Origin: a virus
Lineage: Duplodnaviria > Heunggongvirae > Uroviricota > Caudoviricetes
Reading direction: 5' to 3' (one strand)
Virus record (IMG/VR): IMGVR_UViG_2690316278_000016
DNA length: 28,120 bases
The notes under the pieces are model-generated. The model did no database searches and was not told the origin of the DNA. It saw nothing but the letters and a program-made list of their open reading frames with translations. This document shows positions 27,595-28,120 of this stretch, piece after piece. Both the position numbers and the translations under genes were made by a program. Position 1 is the first letter of the stretch, and each line of letters begins with the position of its first letter.

Positions 27595-28120
27595 ACTCAG
27601 GCTTTTGTGGCCATTCTGGCTTTGCCGTATCCACACGGCTGACCAGAACACTGTAGCGTTCCCATGCTTCCAGTCGTGTGCGTTCCTCGTCCGTCGCCAT
27701 ATTCAGCCTGACAGCGCGTTCCAGCGGCTGGATGACTGATTCAGCTTCGGAAAGCAATGCGGCCTTTTGTGATTCGGCCTGTTGTTGCTGTTCGTCAGCC
27801 GTATAAATCCGTTTAACCACAGCTCCGTCCTTAAACATCCACTTACCGGAATCATCAGCACGACGATTAGCTGTAATATCAGGAACCTCAACGACGCTAT
27901 AACCTTCAGGGTTAAGCGTGGAGGCATCTTTGGTGATGGCGACAATAATATTATTTGCATCGTAAACAATCTTTATTGTGTCTGGCTGAAAGTTCTTCAC
28001 TTCCTCATACCAGTTTTTTCCGTCCTCAGAGTAAAGCCAGATGACTCCGTGCTTCTTTGTTAACTCATACTGCTCCACTGTTTTAGCATTACCTGCTTTT
28101 ATGTTCTTTAAGTGCATCAT
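27593..28120 (-). CDS. Tail fibre assembly protein (tfa paralogue 3), opposite strand, complete
   Basis: 175 aa, [22 protein letters not shown]...[20 protein letters not shown]; start codon at the last 3 bases of the window. Confidence 0.8.
   Translation of the reverse strand: MMHLKNIKAGNAKTVEQYELTKKHGVIWLYSEDGKNWYEEVKNFQPDTIKIVYDANNIIVAITKDASTLNPEGYSVVEVPDITANRRADDSGKWMFKDGAVVKRIYTADEQQQQAESQKAALLSEAESVIQPLERAVRLNMATDEERTRLEAWERYSVLVSRVDTAKPEWPQKPE

Noticed and set aside
1-28120. Looked for tRNA, rRNA or other structured RNA genes
   Set aside because: No region with recognisable tRNA-like cloverleaf features or rRNA-like conservation was evident by eye; a tRNA at the att site would lie outside the window. 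Not excluded for small RNAs, which cannot be judged without covariance models.

Overview
The window is almost entirely one P2-like (Peduovirus-type) temperate prophage of an enterobacterial host, running in canonical P2 order from the integrase (window left edge) to the tail-fibre assembly genes (right edge). Order: int, C repressor, cox, B, four small early ORFs, replication endonuclease A, a cargo island, then portal Q and terminase P (minus strand), scaffold O, capsid N, M, L, X, holin Y, endolysin K, lysA, lysB/lysC, R, S, V, W, J, I, tail fibre H and tfa genes. The most interesting part is the AT-rich cargo at about 5.8-8.9 kb, in the position where P2 carries tin/old: a complete C5-cytosine DNA methyltransferase convergent with a tightly coupled two-gene minus-strand operon encoding a DUF262 (ParB/GmrSD-N-like, DGSQR motif) protein and a HEPN-like protein (RNDLSHG motif). 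This is a candidate phage-borne anti-phage or modification-linked module. The tail-fibre end is structurally messy: two diverged tail-fibre 5' regions, 132-bp in-frame tandem repeats, blocks duplicated across N-gaps, an in-frame amber codon in the fibre gene, an IS3-family insertion in the first tfa gene, and a convergent tfa pair that suggests an invertible host-range segment continuing past the right edge. Several N-runs have duplicated or inverted flanks, so parts of this sequence are draft-quality and possibly chimeric. All homology statements are from reading the translated ORFs and from memory of P2 gene order and sizes; no database search was run.
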